From: Euglena gracilis
Lineage: Eukaryota
Assembly: GCA_039621445.1 (NCBI GenBank)
Contig: CP154954.1
Coordinates: forward strand, 18,010,589-18,074,588
Direction: 5' to 3'
Length of the DNA: 64,000 bases
Below are positions 23,201 to 36,310 of the stretch, one piece after another. Below the pieces are notes generated by a model. That model was not told where the DNA came from. It searched no databases and saw only the letters and a list, made by a program, of their open reading frames with translations. A program made the position numbers and the translations under genes. Numbering within the stretch: position 1 is the first letter of the stretch; every line of letters begins with the position of its first letter.

Positions 23201-24850
23201 TTTTTTTCGTAATCCAATAGGTTTTTTTCTGCCTTGTTCAGGTCGAAGTTGGCTCTGGGTTTTGGGTTGCTGGACAACTTGGGCGGGTTTACCCAGGGGG
23301 GTTGAATAACTTCTTTATCAGTTGAAACGTTGCTGAGGGGGCATTTTTTTTACCACAATTTTAGACTTTTCTGAAGTCTCTGGTACAGGGAGGTGTCTCC
23401 CCGTCTTTCCTGCATGGAATTTCTTCCCTGAATTAGATGATTCTTAGGGGGCTGGGTGGAGGGTGTCGGACATTTCACAGTCCCTGGAGACCCTAGGGAT
23501 TGAGCCTTTGGAAAAGCAAATGCTCCTGGGGGGATGTTCATGCACTCTCCTCTCTTGCCGCTCTCTGTCTGGAAGATGTAGTTGTTGGAATACATACAAT
23601 GGGGCTTAATGACTACTATAGGACCCCTGTTTGGCCTATCTGGTCTGCTTGACGTTGATGGGGTTGGTAGCCATACCATAGGGGTGCCTCTGAGTGTCCC
23701 CCCTTGTCGATTGAATAAACGCTGGTGGGGAGTCTCCCCCTTCCTGTTGCCAGCTGGCCCCTGGGGGACCCTCTTACTCTTGGGGCTGGACAGGGGACTG
23801 CCCATTTAAGTACAAAGCCCTTGCAGGGCTGTCCATTAGCTTCTGGGGGGCCTCTGAAGGACCCCTCATGTGACGTTTTGTAATTTATGACCTTCTTGTT
23901 GAAATTTTTGGCCCCAGCGACCTCGATGATGCAGGCCCCATGGCCTGATTAGGTTCTGGGTCGTCATGCCCATTTGACATCTTGAGGGGGTCTTGGGCCC
24001 CACCCTTTACCCCTGGGGGTGGTGTGATTTAGAAAGGATGGGGATGGTGTGTCTGTCTTTTTCTGTCCCTGCTATGTCCTGTGGGTTCTAGGTGCTGGTG
24101 GCCACCTTGGCCTTTGTTCCAGCAACTTCTGATGATGTAGATGCCTGCATTGCTGGTTGTGCAGTCATGGCTTTTGTTGCCTTCATGGCCTGTGCGGTTT
24201 TGGCTGCCGTAGCCCCGCTTTAATGCCTTGCCTGTTTTGAGTTGTTGGTCACCATGGCCTTGGTTCCAATGGCCGTAGTTTCCTGCTGGTTGTTGGATCT
24301 GCCCTTTGCGGGGTCTTCTGACAACTGTGTATTCCAGGGCGAAGTCCCCTTACAGTTTAAAAATGCATCCAGGAATTCAGGCCAAAGGGCCAGAGCCCGC
24401 ATGGGCAGATGGAACCAAGGCCAACGGGGAGAGCTTCACAGATGCCATCGGGACCAGTTTTTGAAGACAACCTACACTGGAAGAGGACAACCAAAAGGTG
24501 TGCCAAAAGCTTCTTTTCAAAAGTGTTTACCATGTTCCACACAATTGGGCAGGGTCCTCAATGCCCCCCAAGATTTCGATTGGGCATCACATCCAAGGAC
24601 AGAGCAAGGTGCCCCAGACCCAAGGGGGTCAAGGTCGTTCAACAAGGGCAGGGGACACTTTCAAAGCAGGGCCATCGTGGCCAATATCTGCTTGGCCAGG
24701 AGAGCATTCCCTAGGCCATGAAGGCAACACACCAGGGCCATGGAGGCCGTTTATTTCTAAGCCCACTGGACACATTATGCCCAGTCCATTCCTCCCCTGT
24801 CGGTTTGCCTCGATGGAGGCAAACCCTCCAAGAGGGCGGTAGTTCGCGGA
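20283..24850 (-). mobile_element. DIRS1-like retrotransposon E0 (family A), degenerate, 5'-truncated
   Basis: Frameshifted RT (FIYLDD), RNase H (HVNVIEL, VDNQ), MT and YR (YRSSDL). ICR at ~20570-20672; right ITR plus extension at 20283-20440. The 5' boundary is approximate. Confidence 0.9.
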
Positions 24851-27357
24851 AAAGGCCCGCAAATTGCTCATTTTCCTGGGTGAAAAACCGCCTCTGAGGT
24901 GAAATACTGCCAGCGTATACGTTTCAACCCCAAACCTCCTAACCCCCCCTAATAAGTGCGTTGGTGCGTGCCTTTTAAGGTCGTAGTTTCGGACCCTAAG
25001 GGGTGCGCACTTATTGGGGCAGTGCGCACTTCTTAGGGCAAAGCCGAAAATACTGATATTACCCCACTCTTTTTCAATTTTCCTCCCAGTTTTCTTATTT
25101 GCTATGAGTGAAGTGATTATGTGTCAAATATGTCCAATTTGGGCCTGGACGATATAATGTTTGGTCTGTGAAGGACAGTTCTGAGAATTGTGTGTGCTTT
25201 CCGGCCTGGGATATGACAGTTATTTCAGCTTTGCGGTGGTGTGCACTTTTTAGGGAGGTAGTTTTGGACCCTTGGGGGGTGAATATTTATTAGGGCACTG
25301 CGCACAAATAGGATAATGGTGTCAAACTTTTTTGTCAAACTCCAAATGGTTTTGGCAGAAGGTGGTGCAAAGTGGGACTTAAACGTGGAAGTAGGGGACC
25401 GCATACCTCTAAGATCTAGAACACATTTTGGGGGCTAGCAGTAATACGTTAAAGTGACATATTTCGTTATAGTTTGGAAAGGCCACGGTCAAAGATAAGG
25501 ACATATGTCCACCACGGAGGTAATTTGCGGCATCCCTCCCGTTGGCTTTCCAAGTCTGTCTTCTGACCAAGGTAAACATTTTAACACCAACCCTGGGCAC
25601 AGTCATGAAGGTTCCTGCTGAGATGGATTGGATGGTGAAGACGGATCAGTCGGAAGTTTAGAATAAAACGTTCCCTCCAGTAAGACAATGAGAATTATCC
25701 CTCGCAAGCTATCCCCGGTGACTCTGTAAATTCTGAACCAAGGAGGAAGGAATGTGTTGTTTCCGTCGCAAATACCTGATAATAAAGTGCTGTCCAGGGG
25801 TCATAATGGATGTTTTATGGGCTGCCTGCGACAATTCCTGAACATGTTTTCATAGGTAAGAATTATAAGGACTGGAGTGTCTGTTGTTTGCAGCACAAAT
25901 TTACAGGGGCCACCATACAGCGAAATAAGGAAGTGGCAAATCAGCAGACTTTAAAGATGACTTTGATCCTTCAATCACTGACACCGGGGAGTTTGCATAA
26001 ATTACTAATAATTGAGCCAGGGAACTAGAGAGGCTGTCTGTAGCCACAGCCTGAAACTTTGGCCCGGGAGCAACAATGATGGTAGTTTTCGATTTCCTGG
26101 GGAAGCCAATCTGCCAACGGTGGTATTTGTGAATGTGCCTAAGGATATTATGACTTGTTTGACCTCATGCTTATGACATCACTTCTCATTTCCTGGGGAA
26201 GGCTCCAGCTGCCTTGTGAATTGATTTGGTTTTCTATGCACCCGTGAAGGAAGGGGTGAATGATGATAGTGTTTAAACAACTGGTGACCATGATGGTATT
26301 TAAATGGAGCATTCTGCCCTTACCCCCTTTGGAAAAAAATAATCGGAGACTTTTTTGTTGTGAGATAAGGAGACAGTGCCTTTGGTTGAGGTAATGATCT
26401 TGCTGTTGTAAATGCTCCTCCGAGCTCGCTAACATTTGCTGCCCTTGTATTGAAAAACAATGCTTTCGCTGTCGTTAACGATTAAGTGCGTACAGGAAAG
26501 TTCTCTCCAAAGTTATTGGATGTGAGCTCCATTTGTTTGATGTTACTCCCTACACGAAGATGGGAATTCCGGGCTCGAAGTCTTCGTTGGCTGAAGAATA
26601 AAATGGTCTGCCTTCCCGAATGTGCACTACCCCCCCCAAATGAACCCCCCGGCTGTACATTTTGGACGTGATTTCAAGACCCTCAGGGTGGCGTTATATT
26701 TTTGGAAAAAGTTATTTTTTTGGGTGACCTCTGTAACTTTCGGCAGCCTTCGATTGTTGGGGGTGTGTAGTGCATTTTGCCAGAGCTCCAGGTCTTCCAC
26801 TTTAGCTCCTCCATGGCCAATCTGGTAGCCCGAGAACCAGAGGCCTTGGGCCAAATCAAGGCCCTGCTACAGACAGGGATCCTTCCGCAGTTGTCCCGAG
26901 TTTCAAATTTTACAGGTCCGTTTTCATTGGTTGCGACAGTGTAATTGGTGCGACTTCCAGGTGCTTTATTCGGGCTAAGCGTGTTAACAGCTGATGAACG
27001 TTGACATGTGAAGTTTACTCATTTTGATTGGCGACCATTTAGAACTAAAGCCACCCAAAAGTGATTCAAAAATGGGTATTTCGGACGGATTAGCCATAAT
27101 TCCTCAGGCGCTTGTTCGGGTGTGAAGCCTGTTCCCCGTAGAAAAAGTTTCAGGAACCATGTCCCAGTGTAAGCAGGTCATGCCACCCGCCGTTGGACGA
27201 CCACGGAGCGGAAGCTTATACTGCTTGCCGTGGCAGGTCTGCTGGCGGGGCAACCCGCCAAGTTCCGTGCGATCAACACTTAAACCTGGGCGTCATTGCG
27301 CGCACGCTGGTCGATCCACGCAGTATGCTCTCTGCCCGTGTGGTATCCCAGGACTCA

Positions 27358-27433
27358 CACGGAGGGACCTAGGACTTGAACCCACGACCCGCTGTGTGTG
27401 AGCCCAGCACTTTACAAAAAAACTACTCGAGTG
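27358..27433 (-). other. tRNA-like (Val-CAC-like) sequence, probable SINE head or tRNA pseudogene
   Basis: Minus strand has B-box GGTTCAAGTCC and an anticodon-like arm GCTGGGCT-CAC-ACACAGC. The acceptor stem does not pair and the D-arm is replaced by a T7 run. Confidence 0.5.
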
Positions 27434-27557
27434 ATACTGGGCTTGGTACCACGCCGTAGGCTCTCCCGTCTGCTGCACACACGCCGCGTCGGGTTGGGCG
27501 TGAAGCCGGTCCCTGGGACACAGTTCTTTGTGTAACAGAAGGCTAACAGAAGGCATC

Positions 27558-27629
27558 GGTCCTATAGTGTAGCGGTTAGCACATGGGATTCTGATTCCCA
27601 TAACCCCGGTTCGAATCCGGGTAGGACCT
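27558..27629 (+). tRNA. trnQ-CUG: tRNA-Gln(CUG)
   Basis: 72-nt cloverleaf: GGTCCTA/TAGGACC acceptor, TGGGA-TT-CTG-AT-TCCCA anticodon arm, GGTTCGAATCC T-arm, TTTT just downstream. Confidence 0.96.
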
Positions 27630-27738
27630 GGCTTTTCGACATTCCTCCTCTGCATCTTTCCCAATTCGATCAGACGTCTTGCTGCGCTCTGTCTTCTGGC
27701 TTATCGGACATTAATCCCAAAGGCATTGTTCACCTTGT

Positions 27739-29250
27739 GTGCAGCCATCGATGCGACAGCAACAAAAGTCAGCTCAGGACATCAGCCTGGCTTCAGAAAT
27801 CCTGAGGGAGTACCAAGAAAGTGCGGCAACCAAAGAATTGGAAAATGCCACAGGCACTGCCCATCTGGTACCCTGGTTTGTGTTGTCAAAACCAGAAGGG
27901 GGGGTCAAACATCGAATTATCACCGATTGTCGAGATCTAAATCAATTTTACTGTCCAGAAAGTTTCAGTTTGGAAGACATGACCACCATTTTCCCCAATT
28001 TTCAGAAAGGGGACTGGGCAATAAAACCGGATTTGAAAGATGCCTGCTTTCATCTGGATCTGGAAAAAAAATTCAAAAAATATGTCAGAATTCAGGTGGG
28101 CCCAGACCTGTGGGAGTATCAGGGGGCATGTTTTGGACTAAGCACCCTCCCAAAATTGTTCATGTCAACAATGAAATTCATGCAAAAACTGTGGAGATCA
28201 AAGGGGTTGCAGGTGTTCGTTTATTTGGACGACATCATTCTGTTTGGTTCAGCAGAAAATTTGGTCAAAAGACATTTGTTGACCATGCTGAACCCCTTAG
28301 GGGACGCTGGGTTCAAGATCAGCCAGAAAAAGTCTGTGTTAACACCAACACAAAGATTACAACATTTGGGGTCCATCAACGATCGGGAAGAAGGTGAACT
28401 GGAGGTGCCCCACCCAAAAATTAAAATCCACCAGAAAGGAATTGGGCAAGGTGGTTCTGGTCAGAAATTAAGTCGCAGAAAAAATGCCAGCAGTCTGGGA
28501 CAAATCAGAAGGTACCTCCCAGCTCTGCCATTTTTGCGGTTAGTATCCCAAGAACTGTTAGAGTTTAGTCAGCTGAATCAGGAAAAAGGCTGGGATTTTG
28601 CATCGACATTCCCAAAAAATCTGAAGGAGGAAATCAAATTTCTAAAGACATATCTGCAGCCAGGCTTGGGCAGACCTTTTCTCCAGCAGGCAAAAGGGGT
28701 ACTCTACTCAGACTCCTCCACATGGGCATGGGGGGCGGGTGGACTCCTGCCAAAACAAAGTCATACAAGAGGTTTGGCGGGAGCAAAAAATTGTTTGCAT
28801 ATCAATGTAAAAGAGTTGATGGCAGCAGTGCACACAGTGAAAGCCTTTGCAAAGCTCGGAGAAACTGTTCGGCTAAACGTGGACAATCAGTTTGCTCTAA
28901 GTTATCTCACCAAATGGGGGGGGGGGAACAGCAACTCAATCATTTTTGGAACCTCTGTTTCGCTGGTGTTTGAAAAACCAAATTCAGCTGCAAGTCCAGT
29001 GGGACATGGGGGATTATACACTGTGCCCAGGCCCGTTCAGGGATGTCTTAAAATTTTTCAGAAGGAAAATTTCCCCAGACACAGACATGTTTGCATCTCC
29101 AGGAAATGCAAAACCTCAATAATTTGTGGCCAGATGGCACAACCACCAACCATTTCTGGTAGATGCTCTGAAATGCGACCTTTACTCAGTAACAGAGGTT
29201 TATGCCAATCCCCCGTTGGAAAGTCATCGTTCCTTGGCTCATCAGGCTGA
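27739..29250 (+). pseudogene. E1 reverse transcriptase/RNase H (frameshifted)
   Basis: DLKDACFH, FGLS, FVYLDD, YSDSS, HINVKEL, VDNQ. Confidence 0.92.
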
Positions 29251-29348
29251 GACTGAACAGGGAAGTGAAATGACTTTTGGTGACACCCATGTCGGTTTCC
29301 AGTCCATGGTGGCCCCTATTAATCAAAATTTGAAAGCATGGGACAGGA

Positions 29349-30065
29349 ATGTTAGTCACTCCCCCCAGGGAGGGAATGTCCAAGAACTGTTGGGGGCAAT
29401 CAATGCCAAAGCCAAAGTTGGCCCCTGGTTTGCACCATTGTATCAGGTTCCTTTTGGAACAGCAAAAAGTGCCACATCAAGACATCGAAAATGTCCTGAG
29501 GATTTTGGGACCCCTAAAGCGTTATAACAGTGCCTTCAGAAAATTGTTTGTCATCTTGCAACAAAAAGGATTGGAGCCCTTGCAAGTCTCCAGGATGGAG
29601 TTGGCCACTGCTTTGTTGGACCTGCACAAACTTTCACAGGCTGATGCTCGCTGTGCATATGCCTCTCTCCAGTATTTTCCTGGGTTGGAGTCCATTCGTT
29701 TTAATACTCTACTCACAAGAGTAAAAAAGGTATGGAATCGTTCAGTTCAGAGGTGTGCTGCTTTGTGGGACTCCCTACCCATTTTGCAGAAATTGCTGAG
29801 TGCACAACTGTTTTCAGAGATGCCACTTGTAGAGCTCAGGTGGAGAATCATTTTGTCCTTCAGACTTTTGGCTCTTCACAGGGGGGTGGATTTAGCAAGA
29901 AAAAAGAGGACCATTTCAGTGGTTGGTGAAAAAATCTTCATTTTGGTCACGAAAAAGGGTTGGCCTTCACCAAAGTGGGAACAAGTGTTAAAAATTGATT
30001 CCCTTCCCTCTTTGAGTCCATATCATTTGATGACAGAATATGTGAAAAGAACATCTTTCATTCCC
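29349..30065 (+). pseudogene. E1 tyrosine recombinase, C-terminally truncated
   Basis: LALHRGVDLAR and SPYHLM present; HSTRG/W/Y absent and replaced by unrelated sequence. Confidence 0.85.
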
Positions 30066-33000
30066 CACTGGGCTTTGCACAAAGCGCCACCGAGTAAAAT
30101 AACGAACTCCTGCAGTCCTCAACTTGCCTTTAGACCATCGCTACCTCTGTCAGCTCGTAGACCTGCTTCGCACACTTTGTTGTGTGCCAGCCGCCGCCCA
30201 GCCAGCGTTGCCCAGCTAACGTTGCCAAACCTCGATGACGGCGAAAAGAAATTCGGGATTCTGACAGGAGTCTGGCCACATTGCCCTCGTGAAAGAACAG
30301 CTCGTTCCACGAAGTGTTGAACACAGCTTCATCGGAGGATGTCAGTTTCTCTGCGTACGTTGCCATCCGATGTTACCGACGGGCGTTAATATCCGCCAAT
30401 TCCGGCACCAAAAAGCAGTAAGAAGCACCCCGCCAAGAAGAACACGACACCTCGGGCTCCGGACTTTGCCCTTGTGAGGCCATGCCTTGCTCGCCGGCGC
30501 TGTTGTTTGGATTGTTCTTTGCGCTGGGTTAGGAGTCCCTGCTTAGTGCCTTTTTTCGTCGGAGTTGGCTGATTCCTAATTTGCCCTTCGACACCCAGAA
30601 GAAAGGAACTTCAAAAACCACACCAATTGAGAAAAGAAGAAGACAATAAATCCAGTCAAATTATCCAGAAAGTCACGCTCGTGCAGAACTTCAAATCAAA
30701 AGTTGTTGAATTTTTCGAAAGAATTCAATGAAAGATGCAAATTCAAAGAAGCACAGCGCTGGAGAACGTCAAGAGGCAGCAGCAGCAGCAGCTGGACAAC
30801 TTGACGGCGCGGGTCAACTGTGGCGAACCGTGGCTGCCCCTTCCCTAAAAGCAATTTCCCCCACAGAAATTTCCAGAACCTAAACCCTCCAAAGTGATGG
30901 CCACGGACCCTGGCAGACAGTGGTCAGAAGACCCCGAAAGGGGCAGAAGCAACAACCAGCAGACCACTACGGCCATTGGAGCCAGGGCCATGGAGGCCAA
31001 CATTCTGCCAGTTACACCAATACCTTGTTCAAGCTGGGCCATGGCGGCCACAACAGCAAGCTGGGCCATGGCGGCCAAAACAGCAATGGCAATGGCGGCC
31101 GTTGGAACAAAGGCCAGGGCGGCCAACAATACCAAGGCCAGGGTGGCCAATAACACAAACAGCTGCCCAGTGGCAGGGCAGGACAGGTCCACAACATCCC
31201 CCCAACCATTTCTTCATCACACACCCCATCAGGGGCAAAGGATGGGCCCCCAGTGGCCCCCCAAGATTTTCAATGGGCATGGCGTCCCAGATCAAAGAGA
31301 AGTCAATGTGGACTGTCAAAGCTTCAAGAAGGCCAGTGGAGCCAACATCAAGAAGGCCAGTGGGGCCAGAGTTATCATCAAGGCCACTGGGGCCAACATC
31401 AAGGCCACTGGGGCCTTCAAATATCAGAAGGGGAACAACCCCAGAAGCTAAAAGGCTGTCCCCCAGCAGGGGATTTCAATATTCTATCCCAGTGGCAGGC
31501 CCACGAGGATGCCCCAGAATGGGCTGTGGAGGACAAGGGGGCAACCCCCCCTCAAGTTCGTTCTTCAGTGCCCATGGCAGGGGCAAGTCAAAACAAGGGG
31601 GAGACCCAAAAAGGTGCCCCTATAGTATGTCATTTGACAACACTTTGACACAACATTTGACAAAGTGGAGGATCAGAGAGCCTGTGAGCATGTACACCCC
31701 CCCAGCCACCATTAGAGAATGCTCAATCCCCAGAGGCACCAGGGGTGAAAAGTCCAACACCCCCCACCCAGCACCCAGAAAATCATCTAGTTGGGAAAAT
31801 ACATTCCATGGAGGAAAATGGGGAGACACCCCCCTGTACCAGAGACTTCAGAAAAGTCTAAAACGGTGGACAAAAAATGCCCCCCAGCAACGTGTCAATT
31901 GATAAAAAATGGAGTTCAACCCCCCTGGGTGAATCCCCCAAAATTGTCCACCCACCCCAAACCCAGGGCCAACCTGGACCTGAACCAGGCAGAAAAAAAT
32001 CTGCTGGATTACGAAAAAACTGGATCAGTGAAACGAGTTTGGGATTCAGAAACCCAGCATTTGATCCAATGGTTTTCAATTTCAAAACCAGAAGGGGGAA
32101 CAACCAAGTGGAGAATGATAGCGACTGCAGAGAAATAAATCAGCAGTTTCAAGTCAAACCCTTCAAGCTGGATCATATCCAACACATTTTTCTAGTTTTG
32201 GAAAAAGGCCACTAGGCAGCAAAAGGATGCCTATTTTCATATTCCAGTAAGTCCAGGCCTCAGGCCATTTTTAAGGTATCAGGTAGGGGGCAGACCTGGG
32301 AATTTCAAACAAGCTGCTTTGGGCTAAATGTAATGCCCAAAATTTTCATGTCAGCGATGAAAACATTCGAAAAACTGTGGAGAAAAAGGGGCATCCAGGT
32401 GTTTATTTACCTGAGCGACATTTTGCTGGTGGCCCCCACCCAAACCAATTAACAAAATAACCTGAAAACAGTTGTCAAAGTATTGCTAGATTCTGGGTTC
32501 AAAATCAATGTGAAAAAGTCCACCCTGCAGCCCACCCAAGTGGTAACCCACCTGGGTCTTCAATTGAACTTCCAGGAAGGAAAACTACAGGTGCCCCCCC
32601 CAGAAAGTCCAGAAAAGAAAAGGAGCTGGGGAAAATTGTGAAAAAAGATTACATGTCAAAAAGGCAATTGGCTGCCATTTTGGGCCAAATAAGATGCAAC
32701 CTAATGGCCCTGCCCTTTTTAAGGGATTTTACAGACCCCCTGGCAAATTTTTTGGTGGCAAAGTCCACAGCCCCCTGGGACTCAAAACATCCCATTTCCC
32801 AGGAAATCAAAGCCCAATTAAGGGAAATAAAAATTCTGCTGGACACCTGTGGGGGCAGACCCTTCCCCCAAAATGCAACCAGAGTGTTGCACTCAGACAG
32901 CAGCACCCATGCTTGGGGGGGGGGCTAGACATCCACACAGGAGAAATTGTGCAGGAATTTTGGAGAAAAGACTCCATTTTGCACATCAATGTAAAGGAGC

Positions 33001-36000
33001 TCAGTGCAGCAATCAGCACTGTGAAAAGTTTGAGCAAACCTGGGGAAACCGTTTCCTTGTCAGTGGACAACCAGGTAATTTAGTTTTACCTGACAAAAGG
33101 TGGGGGCAGAAAAGACCCCTTCAACAAAATGCTGAGACCATTTTTCAAGTGGTGCATGGAGTCCAAGTCAACTGGGTACCTTCAAAGACTGCCTAGCAGA
33201 CCCCATAAGCAGATGGGAAATGGACAAGGGGGATTACTCCTTAGACCCCCAACCTTTTCAATGGCTAAGAGAGCAATTCAAAAATTTCATACATATGGAA
33301 ACGGATTTACTTACCTCCCCGGGCAACAAAAAAACTGCCCAATTTTGTGGCCAGGTGGCCCCACTGGGATGCCACAGCAGTAAATGCATTACAATGTCCA
33401 CTGGACAACATGGGATCTTTATGCAAACCCCCCCTGGTCAATACTTCAACAATTTCTACCCAGGATGAAAATTTTTCCACAGGCCAAAGTTTTGATGGTC
33501 ACCCCCTACTGGCATTCAGCCACCTGGTGGCCCCAATTAATATAAATGAAAGTTCCAGGGACCCCCTGCCTGAAAATCACCCCCTACAGGGGCAGGTTCA
33601 CCAACTGCAGGGGGGAGAAAATGCCACTCCCCCACGTGGCCCCTGTTTTGCATGATTTGCTCAGGCAAATTTTGGAGGGGAAACAACTTCAGGTTGAGAC
33701 CATTAACGATTTCCTGGGGAGAAACCCCAGCTGAAAACGTTATCAGAGTGCCTTTGCACTTCTGTGGGTAATTTTGGAACACATGGGTGTGCCCCCCCCT
33801 GAAGCCACCACAGACCGAGTGGCTTACGCTTTAATTCAATTATTCCAATTTTCCGACGGCCAAGCCTGTAATGCCTACAGTGCTATGCTTTTGATTCCTG
33901 GGTTTGGTGGGCTGAGATTCCACACTCTGTTAACCCTCTACAAGAGGCTTTGGAACCAAAACCTGGAGAAGTATGGGGCATTTTGGGATCCCCTCCCAAT
34001 CCTCCTGGGGCTGGCAAAGGCCCCAATGCCCACACATTGCGTACACAACTTATTGTTTGCTCACGAATCCTCTGTTTATACCGATCCTCAGACTTATCCC
34101 AAGTCAAACGAACCACCAGTGTGTTGGGTAGGGCACCCTACATCAAGATTAAGCGTAAAAGACAGAAATTCCATATATGGGAAAGGGTTGCGTCCATTCC
34201 CCAGTGTCCCCGAATAAGCCCCTTTCATTTAATGATGTGCTATGTGGCTGCTACACGTTTATTCGTCAGACCTGGGGGCCCCCTCCTAATTTCATTAAAA
34301 CCCCCCTTCAGGGCCATAGGTGCTTACAAAATTGCTTCTATCAAGAAAGACTTTTTGGCCAAACATGGGGTACCCCCCCCAGGTGTGGGGGGGGCCACTC
34401 CACCAGAGGGGCAGGGGTTGGTTTACTAAAAAAAATTGGGCCTTTCTGCCGAAGAAGTTTGTGAAATTGGTCAGTGGAGGGCGGTGGAGGCTTTTACAGC
34501 CCACTATCAACGACTTGGTGCCCAGGGTGCCCTGGAAAATTCCCTGGCCCCCCTAATTTCAATGCACAATCTGGCCTCAGAAGGGCAAAGTGCGGAGCCC
34601 GAGGTGTCTCGTACTCCCTCGAGGAACACCGACAAGGGAGGAAGGGACACCGACGGCGAAGCACGACACCTCGGGCTCCGCACTTTGCCATTGTGAGGCC
34701 ATGCCTTGCTCGCCGGCGGATTGTTGTGTGATTGTTCGCTGCGCTGGGTTAGGAGGTCCCGCTTAGTGCCTTTTTTCGCCGGAGTTGGCTGATCCCTAAC
34801 TTGCCCTTCGACACCGAGAAGAAAGGAAAAGAGTTCACGAACGAAGAAGAACCAAGAAAATAAATCAATATCAATTCAATATCCAGAAGGACACGAACCG
34901 GACGAAGAGCAATTGAGAATTCCATTATCCATTTTCAATTTTGACTTCAATGAGCAATGCAGTGGAGAAGAAATTGGGATTGCATGGCCACGGACGTCCT
35001 GGAGCAGTTGCCGCAGAAGCAGGAGAACTTGGTGAAGCGGTCGACACGCGACAAACCGTGGCCGTTTTTTTCCCCCAGACCCCAACCCCAGAAATTTCCC
35101 AGCCCAAACCCCCCCCAGTGACGGCCACGGTCCTTGGACCACTGTGGACAGAAGGCCCAGAAGACAAAAGTCTGCCCCAGCCCTTGATGGGCAAAGGATG
35201 GGCCAGGGGGGCCCAAATTGCTCCACAATTGAACAACCACAGCCCACACATGTGGGGCATGTCCCCCAAAGGCGCCCAGTCGCCTATACAGAAATTGGCC
35301 AAGGGATGGGGAGATGGAATCAAGGCCAAGGAGGACAACACTACAGGGGCCATGGGGGCCAGTTTTACAAGCAAATCCCCTCAGGAAGGGGCAGAAGAGG
35401 TCTGTCAAACCCCCCCAATTCATCTATCACAACAGGCCCTCTCAAGGGGAAAAGGGGGGGGCCACAGCAGCCCCCCCAGACTTCAAGTGAGGTTGGAGGC
35501 CAAATCAAGGCCTGGAAGACCTACAGAAGGATTATGGAAAAAAATTTACACACGGAGACCTTGGAGACCAGCAGGGTGGACCCACAGTGGCCACCAAGAA
35601 GCTAAGGAACCAGCAGGGTGGACCCTCAGTGGCCACCAAGAAGCTAAGGAAGCTGCTCGAGAAATCCCCCGAGGGACCCACAGAGGCCCTCTGCCAAAAA
35701 AAGGGGGAAAAGGGGACCAACAGTGACCCCTTTCATGACCCAGCCTCAGGAGGTCAACGGACCCACAGTGGCCTTTTTGGAGGGAGGGGCAGGAACCCCT
35801 CCTACATTTATTTCTCAATTCCCGATCAGTCAATCAAGGGAGGGACCCACAGAGGCCCCCCTATGGTATGTCAACCAACCACATCAACATGGAGAAGACC
35901 AGATAGGCCAAACAGGGGCATTAAGCCCTATGGTATGTCTTCCAACAACAAGACCATCCAGAGAGGTGAGCAGAGAGGGAGAGAGTGCATGCACATCCCC

Positions 36001-36310
36001 CACAAAAAAATTCTTTTTCCAAGGGCCCAAGCCCTAGGGGACCTAGGGGTGCAACGTCCAACACCCCCAAGCCAACCCCCCCAGAATCATCTTACCCAGA
36101 AAATAAATTCAATGGAGGAAATATGGGGAGACACCCCCCTCCATCAAAGGCTGCAAAAAAGCCTGAAATGTCCAAAATCTCCAGCCCCGCCCCCCAAAAA
36201 TCATCTTATCCAAGAAATCAATTCCATGGAGAAAAAATGGGGAGACACCCCTCTCCATCAAAGGCTCCAAAAAAGCCTGAAATGGTGGACAAAAAATCCC
36301 CCCCAACAAC

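Noticed and set aside
27119-27545. U1/U2/U6/7SL assignment
   Set aside because: Diagnostic motifs (ACTTACCTG, GTAGTA, ACAGAGA box with flanks, SRP helix 8) were not found convincingly.
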